From the IMG/VR virus record IMGVR_UViG_3300028833_000144, positions 10,008-74,007 of that record: DNA of 64,000 nucleotides, one strand, 5' to 3'. Position 1 is the stretch's first letter, and every line of letters starts with the position of its first letter. The stretch is from a virus (lineage: Duplodnaviria > Caudoviricetes). This document shows positions 1 through 10,091 of the stretch, in pieces. The notes below the pieces were generated by a model that was given only the letters and a program-made list of their open reading frames with translations, was not told the DNA's origin and made no database searches. The position numbers and the translations under genes were made by a program.

Positions 1-46
1 TTGTTAAGATTAAACTTGCTTATAGCCATAATGCTTTTCTCCTTTC

Positions 47-529
47 TTATGACCACATAACTTTTGTATAGTCTATATAATCAATCCGTATCTCCATGCT
101 ATATAAAGCAAGAGCAGGAGTGATTGCAGTATTGATTCCGTCTACTGACGGGTTTTCGGCGGTTGTTACCATTTCTTCGATGACACAATCCTCTCCGAAG
201 TTAGGGAAATTATGAGCTTCCCCCTGCTCGTTTATCCAGTCCATAATCTCCTGTATATCAGCAAGATCATCAAGATTTTCATTAGTAAGAATATCTTTCG
301 CTATTGCCATGTCAGTAATAGACTTGGATATTACCATGTGTAAGGTATAACTCTTACGAACACTTCCGTCTATAAAGGGTTTATTAAGTCTTTTATCGTT
401 ATCCTCTGTTAAGAATTGAATAGTATCATTCTTTGCATTAACGAAGTTAATAAAGATAGGATTACTCTGTATATCGGGATATGTAGCGAGAAATGATAAT
501 ACCGCTTTGTTCTTATCAACAGTAGCCAT
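47..529 (-). CDS. Putative tail-completion/terminator-type virion protein (phage A)
   Basis: 160 aa ORF; fourth gene after the head-tail adaptor in the conserved order; call is positional. Confidence 0.5.
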   Translation of the reverse strand: MATVDKNKAVLSFLATYPDIQSNPIFINFVNAKNDTIQFLTEDNDKRLNKPFIDGSVRKSYTLHMVISKSITDMAIAKDILTNENLDDLADIQEIMDWINEQGEAHNFPNFGEDCVIEEMVTTAENPSVDGINTAITPALALYSMEIRIDYIDYTKVMWS

Positions 530-1107
530 TAAACGTGATACCTCGCTCCAGGAATACTCTCTCCGATAGCAACTTTCAACACTTCCATTATCTTCCTACG
601 CATAGGGTTATATACCCACGATGTTTTTCTTGCCTTTTCAGTCCAATGGTGTGTAGAACCTGCCGTTGTATAACCTTTTACATAAGCAACCTTGCCTGCG
701 TTCTTCCCTTTTGAATAGACAACATAATGAGGTTTTCCAATATGGTGCATATCAGAAGCATACTTCTTCTTAACACCTTTTGGAGTACGCCATACATCTG
801 TATAAAGACTATTGCCTTTAAAAACAGGATATACCGGCTCCATAGCAATACCTTCCCATTGATAATGAGCATACTTATTTGAAGGATTCTTTACACCCCA
901 TATTACAGTTACTCTGTTCTTACCTACATAGGCTCTGTAACCTCTCTTCAATGCTCCCGTATCTTCCGGTGCAAAAGTTCCCATAGCTTCTGCGGTAATA
1001 TCCCCAACCTCTTTCCATACGGAATCATCGGGACCTTTTTTTAACTGTGCAATAGCACGAGCAAAGAAATCAGTATTATCAAGTTGAATCTTTAAACCAT
1101 CACTCAT
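529..1107 (-). CDS. Neck / minor capsid (HK97 gp10-like) protein
   Basis: APEDTGALKR and YAHYQW motifs typical of this family; position in the head-tail joining block. Confidence 0.55.
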   Translation of the reverse strand: MSDGLKIQLDNTDFFARAIAQLKKGPDDSVWKEVGDITAEAMGTFAPEDTGALKRGYRAYVGKNRVTVIWGVKNPSNKYAHYQWEGIAMEPVYPVFKGNSLYTDVWRTPKGVKKKYASDMHHIGKPHYVVYSKGKNAGKVAYVKGYTTAGSTHHWTEKARKTSWVYNPMRRKIMEVLKVAIGESIPGARYHV

Positions 1108-1111
1108 AATA

Positions 1112-1579
1112 CTACTCTCCTATTACTCTGTAATGCTCCATACCCATTCCTGTGCCTGTATTGATTACATAAGAATCAATCTCTACACATTCAAGAAGTT
1201 CTTTATACTTGCTTACAAGATCAGTCGATCTCTGCCCGTCTGTGTACTCGTCAATAACATCATCAACTTCTCCGAGAATGATAATATCCCCTGTTGCAAG
1301 AGTGAAGTTCTTTGACTTATCTTGCAAAGCTCTCCATTCCTGTTGGTAAAGGAATCGTTCATCTTTAGGAATACGACATATAACGTGCTTCGTTTCCAAT
1401 TCAATACCCGATACCTTTACGGAGTATTTACCTACATAGTAAGTAGTATTGTCATACTTCCAAAAGCAGTTATTAAGTACAGTTCTGTACCATGTAACTC
1501 TCTGTGTAGATGGATCAACATACTTATTGTAGATAGTAAGGGTTTTATCCCACCAAGGAAAAGGAAAATTATTATTCAT
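1112..1579 (-). CDS. Putative head-closure protein
   Basis: 155 aa; TLTIYNK...WYRTVL and GDIIILGEV pattern; follows the adaptor. Confidence 0.5.
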   Translation of the reverse strand: MNNNFPFPWWDKTLTIYNKYVDPSTQRVTWYRTVLNNCFWKYDNTTYYVGKYSVKVSGIELETKHVICRIPKDERFLYQQEWRALQDKSKNFTLATGDIIILGEVDDVIDEYTDGQRSTDLVSKYKELLECVEIDSYVINTGTGMGMEHYRVIGE

Positions 1580-2012
1580 CTTCGTACAGTCCTCGGTAGA
1601 GAATCTTTCGTCCTGCGCTGTTCATTACACCATTAAGATAACGCTTAATACAGTCATCTATTTCCTGTTTAGACTTCTCGTACAAAGCATTACCGGAAAG
1701 AACCGCATAAGTAGCAGAAACACCGTCATTAGCCTGTGACATAAGTTGTGCATTGGTATTAATACCGCCTGTACTGCTTACATCGGGAGTAATGATACTA
1801 GCCTTAACCTCAAGTAACTTAATGAGTTGATACATACAGATTTTTACTCGTTCCATAACGTCCTCTGTACGCCACTTCTCTTTCCAAAGTCTGTTAAATG
1901 TGTACCAATCAATATACCCTTGAGCGTCAATAGCAAGAGAATTAAAGAGGGCTTCGTCAGTAATCTTACCGCCCATTTCAGTATATTCAGCAAATGTTAA
2001 GTATTCTACCAT
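1572..2012 (-). CDS. Head-tail adaptor (gp15/gp6-like)
   Basis: YLTFAEYTEMGG N-terminus, AQGYIDWYTFNR, NDGVSATY and C-terminal LYRG; position after MCP. Confidence 0.65.
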   Translation of the reverse strand: MVEYLTFAEYTEMGGKITDEALFNSLAIDAQGYIDWYTFNRLWKEKWRTEDVMERVKICMYQLIKLLEVKASIITPDVSSTGGINTNAQLMSQANDGVSATYAVLSGNALYEKSKQEIDDCIKRYLNGVMNSAGRKILYRGLYEDE

Positions 2013-2038
2013 ACGAAACCCTCTCTTATTTGTTCTCT

Positions 2039-2359
2039 TTACTCTTCCGTTGACTTCCTACGAGTTCTCTTCGGCTTATCTTCGAAAACGATAACGGGTT
2101 GTGTTTGTACCTCATTGAGTTGTGACTTCAAAGATTCGATTTCTGCTTCAAGAGCAGCGATCTTGTTCTTCAATGCCTCATTCTCTTTCTTGGCATCTAC
2201 ACAAGCCTTTTTCAAAGATTCTGTATCTGTCGGTACTGCCTCTTTGAGAATCTTGCCGTCAAGTGTCTTGGCGGTAAAACCCTTGCTTACATAGTAGTCC
2301 ATTTGAGATTTGTCAACTCGGAGAACTACATTACCCTTAACGACTTTAATAATGTTCAT
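2039..2359 (-). CDS. Small coiled-coil virion-associated protein
   Basis: RBS GAGGAG; coiled coil and basic tail KPKRTRRK; directly after MCP. Confidence 0.45.
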   Translation of the reverse strand: MNIIKVVKGNVVLRVDKSQMDYYVSKGFTAKTLDGKILKEAVPTDTESLKKACVDAKKENEALKNKIAALEAEIESLKSQLNEVQTQPVIVFEDKPKRTRRKSTEE

Positions 2360-2371
2360 AACTACCTCTTA

Positions 2372-3319
2372 TCAAGACGTTGTTCCAGAACCCTCTGCGA
2401 CATTGAATCTGATAGCACCTGCCTGCTTGTTCAGAATGAATACGTCCTCGTGAGATTCCTCATAGTAGTAATACTTACCCTCTGTAACTGCGGAAGGTGC
2501 AGTAAGGTCAGCAAACTCATAGGAAACAGGAGTAATAACTGCCATAGGGTGTACGAGGAACATATTGATTTGAAGTGCATCATCATCAATCGCCCAACCC
2601 TCTGTGAAGTCATAAGCAGTTTTCATAAGAGTTGCAGGTACAGGAATGATCTTAACCTCGTCAAGTCTGTTTACTCTACGATCAATAGCATTAGGTCCCG
2701 ATGTAATATCCATAGAACGAGAAATGCCGTCAGCCTTTGCAAGCATCTTGTTTACTTCGTGTGTAACGTAGAGGATTCTGCCGTTAGAGGGAACTCTCTC
2801 ATTATCCATTTGAAGCATAAGGTTATCAAATACCTCAAGGATATTATTAACTGTAAGAACAGTTGTGTCGGGAGTTCTTACGTTACCCTGCTCGTCCTCA
2901 ACAAGACACCAGTCAGCGAAAATCTTGGAAACTGTATAAGCGTCCATTTCCGGAAACTTCTGTGTCGTATTGAAAACAGATGTGATGTTAGAGATAGAAG
3001 CAACAAGATTTGTTTCATCAATATCTCTAGGGTGTACGAGCGTTGACCACTTTCTCTCGTTAGAAAGTGTCTTTTGCTCCCATGCGTTATCGTAGTTTCT
3101 CTGTGCAGTACCGATAGAATCACGGCTTGCATTTGTTCTACCGGAAGTTCTGATAGAAGGAATCTCGATAGTCTTTGAGGAAGTCCAACGATAACGGTTG
3201 TTGTTAGGTGTGGCGTAGAGATCGCCAAAGTTGAGCATATAAGGAAACCATTGTGACAGTTCTCTTTGATACTCGTCAGCGTAACTTACTGTGCCAAGAT
3301 CGGAATGTTTTGTGGACAT
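2372..3319 (-). CDS. Major capsid protein (phage A)
   Basis: 315 aa after the scaffold; TIEIPSI, QKFPEMDAY, INMFLVHP and YYEESHEDVFIL match a Clostridia-phage MCP family. Confidence 0.85.
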   Translation of the reverse strand: MSTKHSDLGTVSYADEYQRELSQWFPYMLNFGDLYATPNNNRYRWTSSKTIEIPSIRTSGRTNASRDSIGTAQRNYDNAWEQKTLSNERKWSTLVHPRDIDETNLVASISNITSVFNTTQKFPEMDAYTVSKIFADWCLVEDEQGNVRTPDTTVLTVNNILEVFDNLMLQMDNERVPSNGRILYVTHEVNKMLAKADGISRSMDITSGPNAIDRRVNRLDEVKIIPVPATLMKTAYDFTEGWAIDDDALQINMFLVHPMAVITPVSYEFADLTAPSAVTEGKYYYYEESHEDVFILNKQAGAIRFNVAEGSGTTS

Positions 3320-3334
3320 AGTTATAATTCTCCT

Positions 3335-4021
3335 TTACTCTTTTTTGTCCATAGGTCTTATAGGTGTGAAGTTAAAACCAAAGATATTCTTTGATTCACT
3401 TCCGGAATTTGTACCGCCTGTGGGACCAGCAAAGTGAGGCTTCGGTTGAGCAGGATTATTAGCCGGAGGGGGAGGTGTATTTCCACCTTCATCTTCCTTT
3501 ACGAAAGCATCTGCATTATCCTTTGAATAGGATTCTACAAAATCTTCCGCACCCATGATCTTGCCATTGTCGAACTTCAAATTTGCGCCTATCATAGCGG
3601 TTGTGAAGTCCCTTCTCGCTGCATTAGACGAAAACTTTTTGCCATTAGCAAATTCTCTACAAGCAAATTCATACTGTTGAGAAGCAATTTGCTTTTGATA
3701 AGCTTCCATATCGGTTGTGTATCTTCCTTGAAGTGCATCAAAATCAGACTGTAACTTTGATAGCTTCTCTGCATCTGTTCCTGCACTTGCCAACTGCTTC
3801 TTGAGATTTTCTAAATCGGTATCTCTCTGTGCAATAGTAGAATTAAGTTGCTCGATAGACTTATCCTTTGCGCCAAGTCCGTCATCATACTTATCCTTGC
3901 TTACATACTTTCCTTCGGAAAGATCAGTAAACTTTGCACCGTCAGCCTTTGCAAATGCTTCAAACTGTGCGTAGGTAAGAGTTCCGTTTTCTCCCTTGTC
4001 AAAAATGTCTTTAATGTTCAC
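3335..4021 (-). CDS. Capsid scaffolding protein (Phage_GP20 family)
   Basis: GKYVSKDKYD motif, coiled coil and Pro-rich acidic tail; GTG start with AGGAGG RBS; upstream of MCP. Confidence 0.8.
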   Translation of the reverse strand: MNIKDIFDKGENGTLTYAQFEAFAKADGAKFTDLSEGKYVSKDKYDDGLGAKDKSIEQLNSTIAQRDTDLENLKKQLASAGTDAEKLSKLQSDFDALQGRYTTDMEAYQKQIASQQYEFACREFANGKKFSSNAARRDFTTAMIGANLKFDNGKIMGAEDFVESYSKDNADAFVKEDEGGNTPPPPANNPAQPKPHFAGPTGGTNSGSESKNIFGFNFTPIRPMDKKE

Positions 4022-4168
4022 GAAAAGTTCCTCCTAAAACATTCTTTATATCTGCTTCGTTTTAAATCTGCGGTTGCAGTTCCGCATGAATGTATCGAGA
4101 TTTTAACGTCCCTCGACAAGACTATATAAAAAGGCATTATGCCTAATTATCAAAGAACTTATATTGTA

Positions 4169-4197
4169 ATTTTACTAAACATAAGTAAAAGAATCAA
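4169..4197 (-). promoter_or_regulatory. sigmaA-type promoter for scaffold/MCP
   Basis: TTGATT-17 nt-TAAAAT on the minus strand in the intergenic gap. Confidence 0.6.
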
Positions 4198-4213
4198 CAT
4201 TATATACAATGTT

Positions 4214-5383
4214 TTAGTAATCTTTTACCCGTATTCTTTCAAGTTTAGCAGGTAAACCACATAGTCTGCTAAACTGCTTATACTGTGTTGTTAATGATCC
4301 TACTCGATTACGGGAAGTAAACATATCCGCTTGTTTACCCAAAGATTTACTAAATAAATATTTTTCTTTAGCCTGCCTAATCTTTCTTTCATAACGTCTT
4401 TGTATTTGGGAACACTCATAAAGGGTATAGTGTTTACCGCTAGGGGTAGTATAACCTCTTTCGTTATCTTCAAGTATCTTATCCAACTGTTCTTGAGTAT
4501 ATTCCGGTTCTTTCTTGCCTATCTTTATATTCATAAAATAGTGACGGCAATTATACTGATAAATTTGTCTTTCGAAGCCGATATAATGATTACCTTGAAC
4601 GTCCTCAAAATCCTCTGCACTTTGCATTTTATCTCTGTTTTCAAAAGTAAACTGATGACCTTGAGCAGGAGCATGATCGGGTGCAGGTGCTACATGAGCA
4701 GACAATTCTACACCGTCAGCACCAAACTGCTTACCCATAGTGTCCTGTACTCTCTGAATGAGATTTTTAATGCTCTCCAGGATATTAAATCTTACTGCTC
4801 TTACTGCGCTTTGTAATCCTCCGTTCACTTCATATCTAACACCACTATCAAACAACTGTGATTCTGTTCTTTGCATAGCAACATCAAAAAGGTTTTCGGG
4901 TACATTACTGTAACTTCTTGCTTCGTTGATTACAGAACGATAAGCGGACTGTAAGTTATAATTCTGCATATAAGAACTGTTAGATAAATCACGCATAGTA
5001 ATAACAGGACTATCCGTTAAAGTGGTAAAACTGCCCTGTGCTTCGTTTATCATTCTGTTAGTGAGTTCTACTATTTCTTCATTTTGTGCCAATGCTAATT
5101 GAGTTTCATAGAAAAGCAGACCTTCTCCGTAGATATACTCTACTATCCACCACCAGTCTTTCTTAATTCTCTTCTTTTGATCCCGTCTAAAAGCGTTATA
5201 TTCATCTTCTATAAGACGAATATCACGCTGCATGGTTGCTACTTTATTAAGAGCGTCTAGTTTATCAAAATCGGCAAGCTTGCTTATCCTATTCGCAATA
5301 ATACTGATTACGGATAGGCTAAACTCCTCTTGCCGTTTTGCGTAAGGATAAAGTATATTCTCAATTTGCTCATCATTAAGCAT
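4214..5383 (-). CDS. Minor capsid protein (Phage_min_cap2 / MuF-like)
   Basis: ELSAHVAPAPDHAPAQG, YNCRHYF and SQIQRRYERKIRQAK motifs; follows portal. Confidence 0.8.
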   Translation of the reverse strand: MLNDEQIENILYPYAKRQEEFSLSVISIIANRISKLADFDKLDALNKVATMQRDIRLIEDEYNAFRRDQKKRIKKDWWWIVEYIYGEGLLFYETQLALAQNEEIVELTNRMINEAQGSFTTLTDSPVITMRDLSNSSYMQNYNLQSAYRSVINEARSYSNVPENLFDVAMQRTESQLFDSGVRYEVNGGLQSAVRAVRFNILESIKNLIQRVQDTMGKQFGADGVELSAHVAPAPDHAPAQGHQFTFENRDKMQSAEDFEDVQGNHYIGFERQIYQYNCRHYFMNIKIGKKEPEYTQEQLDKILEDNERGYTTPSGKHYTLYECSQIQRRYERKIRQAKEKYLFSKSLGKQADMFTSRNRVGSLTTQYKQFSRLCGLPAKLERIRVKDY

Positions 5384-7140
5384 TAGCTATACTGATTATC
5401 TCCACTCTTAAAGTTATTATCTCCGTCCTCATTCTTCGGACTTTCTTCTTTCTTGCTTTCTGGTGCTTGCCCAAGCATCTTCATTTCAGTAACATTCTGT
5501 TCAACTGCTTCAAGATTCTCCTGTTGAATACGAATGAGTGCTTCTTTAGCCTGCTTTTCGGTTTCTCCAAAGTACCACATACGAGTTTCCAACCTGCCTG
5601 CAAGACCATTGTTCATAAGAATCATTCTTCTCGAAAGCTCTGTGTCCTTATCAACAAGAATACTGTCGTCCCATTCAAAAGACACTTCATATTCGCCCTC
5701 TTCTGTAATCTCATAAAGGGTACAATAAGCGTTCATTACATAAACTGCATCTTCCAATGCTTTTTGTGTAGCTTTTTGAATATCGTGGTTAGTTTCGTAA
5801 TTCCTGGTTCTTTGAAGCATAAGTTCCGTGGCGGTTTTTGCTTCTGCCATAGTTTCATCAGATAAAGTACCTCTTGAAAGACCAACCTTATCCTCTATTC
5901 TCATAAGCATCATATTAAGACCATGAATAAGGGATTGATCTCTTAAATCGGGAGAAAATACGTTGTAAGTATTTTCGTCATTAAGATCGACCTTACGATA
6001 AAGTCTTTGTTGAAGTTTACCCATTACAGAATTACCGCTATCGGGATCATCGGGATTATCAATGTATCTCAAGGCATCTCTATCAATGTCGATAGCAAGT
6101 TCTCCTGCTTCAAACTCCCAAAGAAGTCTTGAATACTGCATATCAGCATCTTCGATAAGAGAAGTTGCTTTAGAAAAACCACTAACACCAAGAGGACTTT
6201 TTCTATCAATAGTATTAGCTTCCGGCATCTTAAAATAAGCGAACATAAGCCTATCTACATCTTCAATATGAGCAACAGGGGTAAACAATTCCCACCCAGG
6301 TACAGACTGCAAAGGCACTTCATCTCCGAGATATTCAGCAGGATTATTACCAATACCACTCTTAAAAGCCTTATTAATAACAGTAACAGTATTCCCGTCT
6401 AATTTGTGATACTCAAGTCTTGAATAAGTAGTATCTTTATCATACTTTCTTTGAATAAACGCTGCTTCTGTCAACTTGCCGTTTGCATCAAACGAAAGAG
6501 GAAAAAACTCATTAGCTTGAACATAATCAAATTCAATATCGTAAGAAGTTCCAAATTCCTCTGTTTCAGACTTGCCTGTAAGCATATCTACATTACCGGA
6601 ATTAACCTTAACTTTTCTTTCAACAACATAAGGCTTAATAACAAGACCACCAAGAGCAATTCCATACTCTAACTGTTCTCTCAAATTATCTTTAATCTTC
6701 TGATATTGCTTATTAAGATATTCTGCTCTCTTTGTAGAGCCTTTCGCAACGTCCTGTACTACCACATGAGTAGCAACCATAGGTTCTGCTTTTCCGTCTG
6801 TGCCAACATTATTAGGATTCATGTAATTAGGGGTAACGGGTTCAACCTCTTTCATAGGTGCGGTAACTTCACTCTCAAATTCCACAAGAGCAGTTCTAGC
6901 CTTTTCACTAGCAATTAATTGAGGTAAGCCAAGAGAACGAACGGTAATAGGATCATCGGGTGTTCCTTTTCTTATCCAAAAAGCCTTATCCTCATACATA
7001 TCTGACCAAAGATCAATAGCTTTCATCATCTTATCGGAAACGGCAGGTGTAACGTGTAATACTTCTTGAATAGTTTTCTTACCTATCATTTTGCTCCATA
7101 TCCCCTTTATTTTATTTATTACTTGATTAAGTAGTGACAT
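5383..7140 (-). CDS. Portal protein (SPP1/A118-like)
   Basis: 585 aa; QLEYGIALGGLVIKPY, YSRLEYH, PLGVSGFS, TATEL and FEWDDSILVD; follows TerL. Confidence 0.85.
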   Translation of the reverse strand: MSLLNQVINKIKGIWSKMIGKKTIQEVLHVTPAVSDKMMKAIDLWSDMYEDKAFWIRKGTPDDPITVRSLGLPQLIASEKARTALVEFESEVTAPMKEVEPVTPNYMNPNNVGTDGKAEPMVATHVVVQDVAKGSTKRAEYLNKQYQKIKDNLREQLEYGIALGGLVIKPYVVERKVKVNSGNVDMLTGKSETEEFGTSYDIEFDYVQANEFFPLSFDANGKLTEAAFIQRKYDKDTTYSRLEYHKLDGNTVTVINKAFKSGIGNNPAEYLGDEVPLQSVPGWELFTPVAHIEDVDRLMFAYFKMPEANTIDRKSPLGVSGFSKATSLIEDADMQYSRLLWEFEAGELAIDIDRDALRYIDNPDDPDSGNSVMGKLQQRLYRKVDLNDENTYNVFSPDLRDQSLIHGLNMMLMRIEDKVGLSRGTLSDETMAEAKTATELMLQRTRNYETNHDIQKATQKALEDAVYVMNAYCTLYEITEEGEYEVSFEWDDSILVDKDTELSRRMILMNNGLAGRLETRMWYFGETEKQAKEALIRIQQENLEAVEQNVTEMKMLGQAPESKKEESPKNEDGDNNFKSGDNQYS

Positions 7141-7490
7141 TCGACAGTTCCCCGTTCTTTCTTTTTCTCTTCAACGGCTACGAATATATCCATATTCTGT
7201 TCAGGTCTTACTACCTTAAATTTAACATTCTTTTGAGAAATAATCGACCTATAAGAAGTAACATTAGGGAATCCTGCCTTTTTAAGTTCTTTAAGAACAT
7301 CTTTAGCAGCATCTACATGAGAATATTCCTCTAATTTCCAATCAAAAGGCATAAGACAACGAATAATAGCAGTATCAACTGCTTTACGATCTAATTTCTC
7401 TGTTTGAATATAAGCAGAACTTCCATATAAAACATCATCAACATCTTGTTTCTTGGGTTTTCTGAAAGGGATTCCTTTATCATGGCTCAT
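7119..7490 (-). CDS. Hypothetical protein between TerL and portal
   Basis: AAGGAG RBS before ATG at 7490; overlaps the portal start. Confidence 0.6.
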   Translation of the reverse strand: MSHDKGIPFRKPKKQDVDDVLYGSSAYIQTEKLDRKAVDTAIIRCLMPFDWKLEEYSHVDAAKDVLKELKKAGFPNVTSYRSIISQKNVKFKVVRPEQNMDIFVAVEEKKKERGTVECHYLIK

Positions 7491-7509
7491 TTTTGTACTT
7501 CTCCTTTTA

Positions 7510-9171
7510 TTAGTGTCCTCTTCTATTTGCATATGTTTCAAGTGCGTATCTGCAATTATGAACTACAATGCCATTAGATAGTACAAAATTGTGGAAAATT
7601 GGCACTTCTAAATCATAAACAGGCAGCATCTTATCCGTTTTCTCAACAGATTTAACTCTACAACATTCATCTATACAGGCTATTGTATCTTCCGTAGTTA
7701 AATCTCCTGCCATCACATAACCTCTGTTAGATGTAAGAATCCTATGATTATCCGTACATTCAACAAAACGTCCGTCAAGCAGCCATACTTTATATATTTG
7801 AGCATTTTCAAAAGTCAGCCTACAATGAATATACTCTGTTTCTACGACTGTTTTTGTATTAATATCATAAGCAAACAGAGTTCCCTCTGTACCCACCATA
7901 TCTTCTATCTTTTTATATCCGTCAGAAGTAAAAACTTCGGTATTTCCTACCAAACAGGCATCAATACTGTGGTTATTCTCGTCCGGATATGCAGAAATGA
8001 AATTACCGTCCCTATCTCTTTCGTACTCATAATTAACAAATTCGTAATATGTTTCGGGGCATCTTTTCTTATCTATATAAATATGTCTTAAACCTTGTAA
8101 CCACTTAATACCATATCTGACGCTATCGGGACCTTTTTTAGCAGGTCTTATAAAAGCACCATAAGCTCTAAAGTCTGCAATAGACTTTTCTTCTGCACTA
8201 TCTGCGATAACAAGTTCTGTCCTCTTAACCTTTTTCTCTTCGTCATACAGTTGTTTAAAGTTATCTTCATTTCTAGTCTTATAAGAAGTAAATTCATCAA
8301 AGATATAAAGGTCTAACTTCTTTGCATCAAAGTGCATACGGACATAACGGAAAGGATCACGGGCAAAACCCCAGTCTATTCCGTTATAAATATGGTCAAA
8401 AGATTTAACCATAGTATTAGGCATACGCAAATCGGAGGCATTTTCAAATACATCTCCTCCCGTACCCGTAGCAATACCCAGGTATTCATGTTCATAAGCA
8501 CGAGGATTAATAGCCTTTAAGTCCTCCGCTTCTTCTATAAATTCATCTCCTAGCCAAATACGAGGTACATCAAGGTAATTATTCCTTACTACAAGTGTTC
8601 TCGCCCTGCTTGAAGCCTTATCTGCATACACATTCGCCCAATTATTCTTACTGATCGGAGGGTTAAATGTTCTAAAATCCCAATATTTATCTCCTCCACG
8701 CATAGTTGACTGCGTTACTGAACGAATCTCATTCTCACCGGAGAACTGATCTAACTCCTCAAACCATGTGATACCGATATAACCGAACGTAGGCTTGATA
8801 GATTTTACTTTTTGTGGATTATCCAAGCCTAAAAAGTATATTTTTTGCCCTGTCGGTTTAAAAATAATAGGATTTTGATACGCTTTAGGTATTAAAAAGT
8901 AGTCTGTTAAGCCTAATTTGCCTATTCCCCACTCAATTTGCGCCCTTATACTGTTCTGTATGGTATTTCCTATCTTACGAAAACACGCTGCATGAACACC
9001 AGGATTACTTATTACCAATAAAGGTATAACAATACCCACAAACGATGATTTTGTACTGCCTCTTCCTCCAAGGAAAGTGTAATGAACGTGTCCATGATTC
9101 AAAATATCCTCAAGGACTTTATCATACATAGGAATTATACAGTCTTGTATATCTACGTTAAAGTTAAGCAT
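7510..9171 (-). CDS. terL: Terminase large subunit, PBSX family, intein-containing
   Basis: Walker A GGRGSTKS, Walker B WFEELDQF, YEHEYLG, GIDWGFARDP and NHSIDA...CRYA. Confidence 0.93.
   Translation of the reverse strand: MLNFNVDIQDCIIPMYDKVLEDILNHGHVHYTFLGGRGSTKSSFVGIVIPLLVISNPGVHAACFRKIGNTIQNSIRAQIEWGIGKLGLTDYFLIPKAYQNPIIFKPTGQKIYFLGLDNPQKVKSIKPTFGYIGITWFEELDQFSGENEIRSVTQSTMRGGDKYWDFRTFNPPISKNNWANVYADKASSRARTLVVRNNYLDVPRIWLGDEFIEEAEDLKAINPRAYEHEYLGIATGTGGDVFENASDLRMPNTMVKSFDHIYNGIDWGFARDPFRYVRMHFDAKKLDLYIFDEFTSYKTRNEDNFKQLYDEEKKVKRTELVIADSAEEKSIADFRAYGAFIRPAKKGPDSVRYGIKWLQGLRHIYIDKKRCPETYYEFVNYEYERDRDGNFISAYPDENNHSIDACLVGNTEVFTSDGYKKIEDMVGTEGTLFAYDINTKTVVETEYIHCRLTFENAQIYKVWLLDGRFVECTDNHRILTSNRGYVMAGDLTTEDTIACIDECCRVKSVEKTDKMLPVYDLEVPIFHNFVLSNGIVVHNCRYALETYANRRGH
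7555..7956 (-). mobile_element. Mini-intein (134 aa, Hint only) in TerL
   Basis: Starts CLVGNTEV; block B ECTDNHRILT; block F VYDLEV..HNF; ends VVHN with Cys at +1; no endonuclease domain. Confidence 0.92.
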
Positions 9172-9189
9172 TACTAAACTTTTCCTTTA

Positions 9190-9600
9190 TTACTGTTCGG
9201 CAGGTGTATTCTCCGATTCAGGTGTTCTAGCAGGACGGACGGCAACCATATTACAAGTGAAACCCTTACATCTCTTGCCTTGAGCATTAACAAAATAGAT
9301 TTCATCCTGGCAAGAGCCAAAATAACCCTCTATCTCTTCCGTAGCATAAGGCAAAATAATAGTATGATTAGAAGGTGCAGTAACTTTCAACCAAAAATTC
9401 TCATACTCAACAGGATCATGCCCCTGTTCTACGCCAAAAGTATAATTATAATAAGTACCTATTATCTTTCTATGGAGAACACCGTCTTGAGTTCTTGTAG
9501 CTTCAAGATCAAGAACATCTCCTTTTCTCTTCAAGTTAGTAATAGGCACTTTATACTCTGTATTATCTATACGAATATATTTAGAAGGTGTAACAGACAT
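9190..9600 (-). CDS. Distal-tail (Dit)-like protein
   Basis: LKRKGDVLD..ATRTQDGVLHRKIIGTYYNYTF resembles the family normally found after tape-measure genes in Clostridia phages (recognised from memory). Confidence 0.55.
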   Translation of the reverse strand: MSVTPSKYIRIDNTEYKVPITNLKRKGDVLDLEATRTQDGVLHRKIIGTYYNYTFGVEQGHDPVEYENFWLKVTAPSNHTIILPYATEEIEGYFGSCQDEIYFVNAQGKRCKGFTCNMVAVRPARTPESENTPAEQ

Positions 9601-10091
9601 TACTCTTCTCCTTCAAGCAAATCCTCTTCGGTAGGAAGATCGGGGGAAACCTTATCATTCTGTCTTGACCAATTAACAGTAACATTAATCTCATTGGCAG
9701 CAGCCCTGTCAGCAATAGCCTGCATATCTATCTGCCTCTTTGCCAAAGCATCAGCAGCTTTCATTCTATCCGCTAACGTAGCTTCAATACCAAACTGATC
9801 CTTAATCTCTCCACGCATAGCCTTTGTATAAAAACACATTATCTCTGTCGTAGAAGCAATAGCATCATTCTTAATGCCCTCTAACTGATTCTTTAGTTCC
9901 TGTTGTATCTTCGCCTTGCCAAGCAGTTTCCTGGCATACTGAATAGGGGCATTAGTTTCAAATCCGGCTTCCTTAACCGCCTTTGTCGCATCCCCATACT
10001 CTATATAGTAAGCAACAAACTTCTGCTCCCTTATGGATAACTTATATTCCCCTCTTTCTATCTTCGCCTTACTTGTCCTTGCCATAATCAA
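9600..10091 (-). CDS. terS: Terminase small subunit
   Basis: REQKFVAYY..DATKAVKEAGF..ARKLL HTH; RMKAADALAKR. Confidence 0.85.
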   Translation of the reverse strand: MIMARTSKAKIERGEYKLSIREQKFVAYYIEYGDATKAVKEAGFETNAPIQYARKLLGKAKIQQELKNQLEGIKNDAIASTTEIMCFYTKAMRGEIKDQFGIEATLADRMKAADALAKRQIDMQAIADRAAANEINVTVNWSRQNDKVSPDLPTEEDLLEGEE

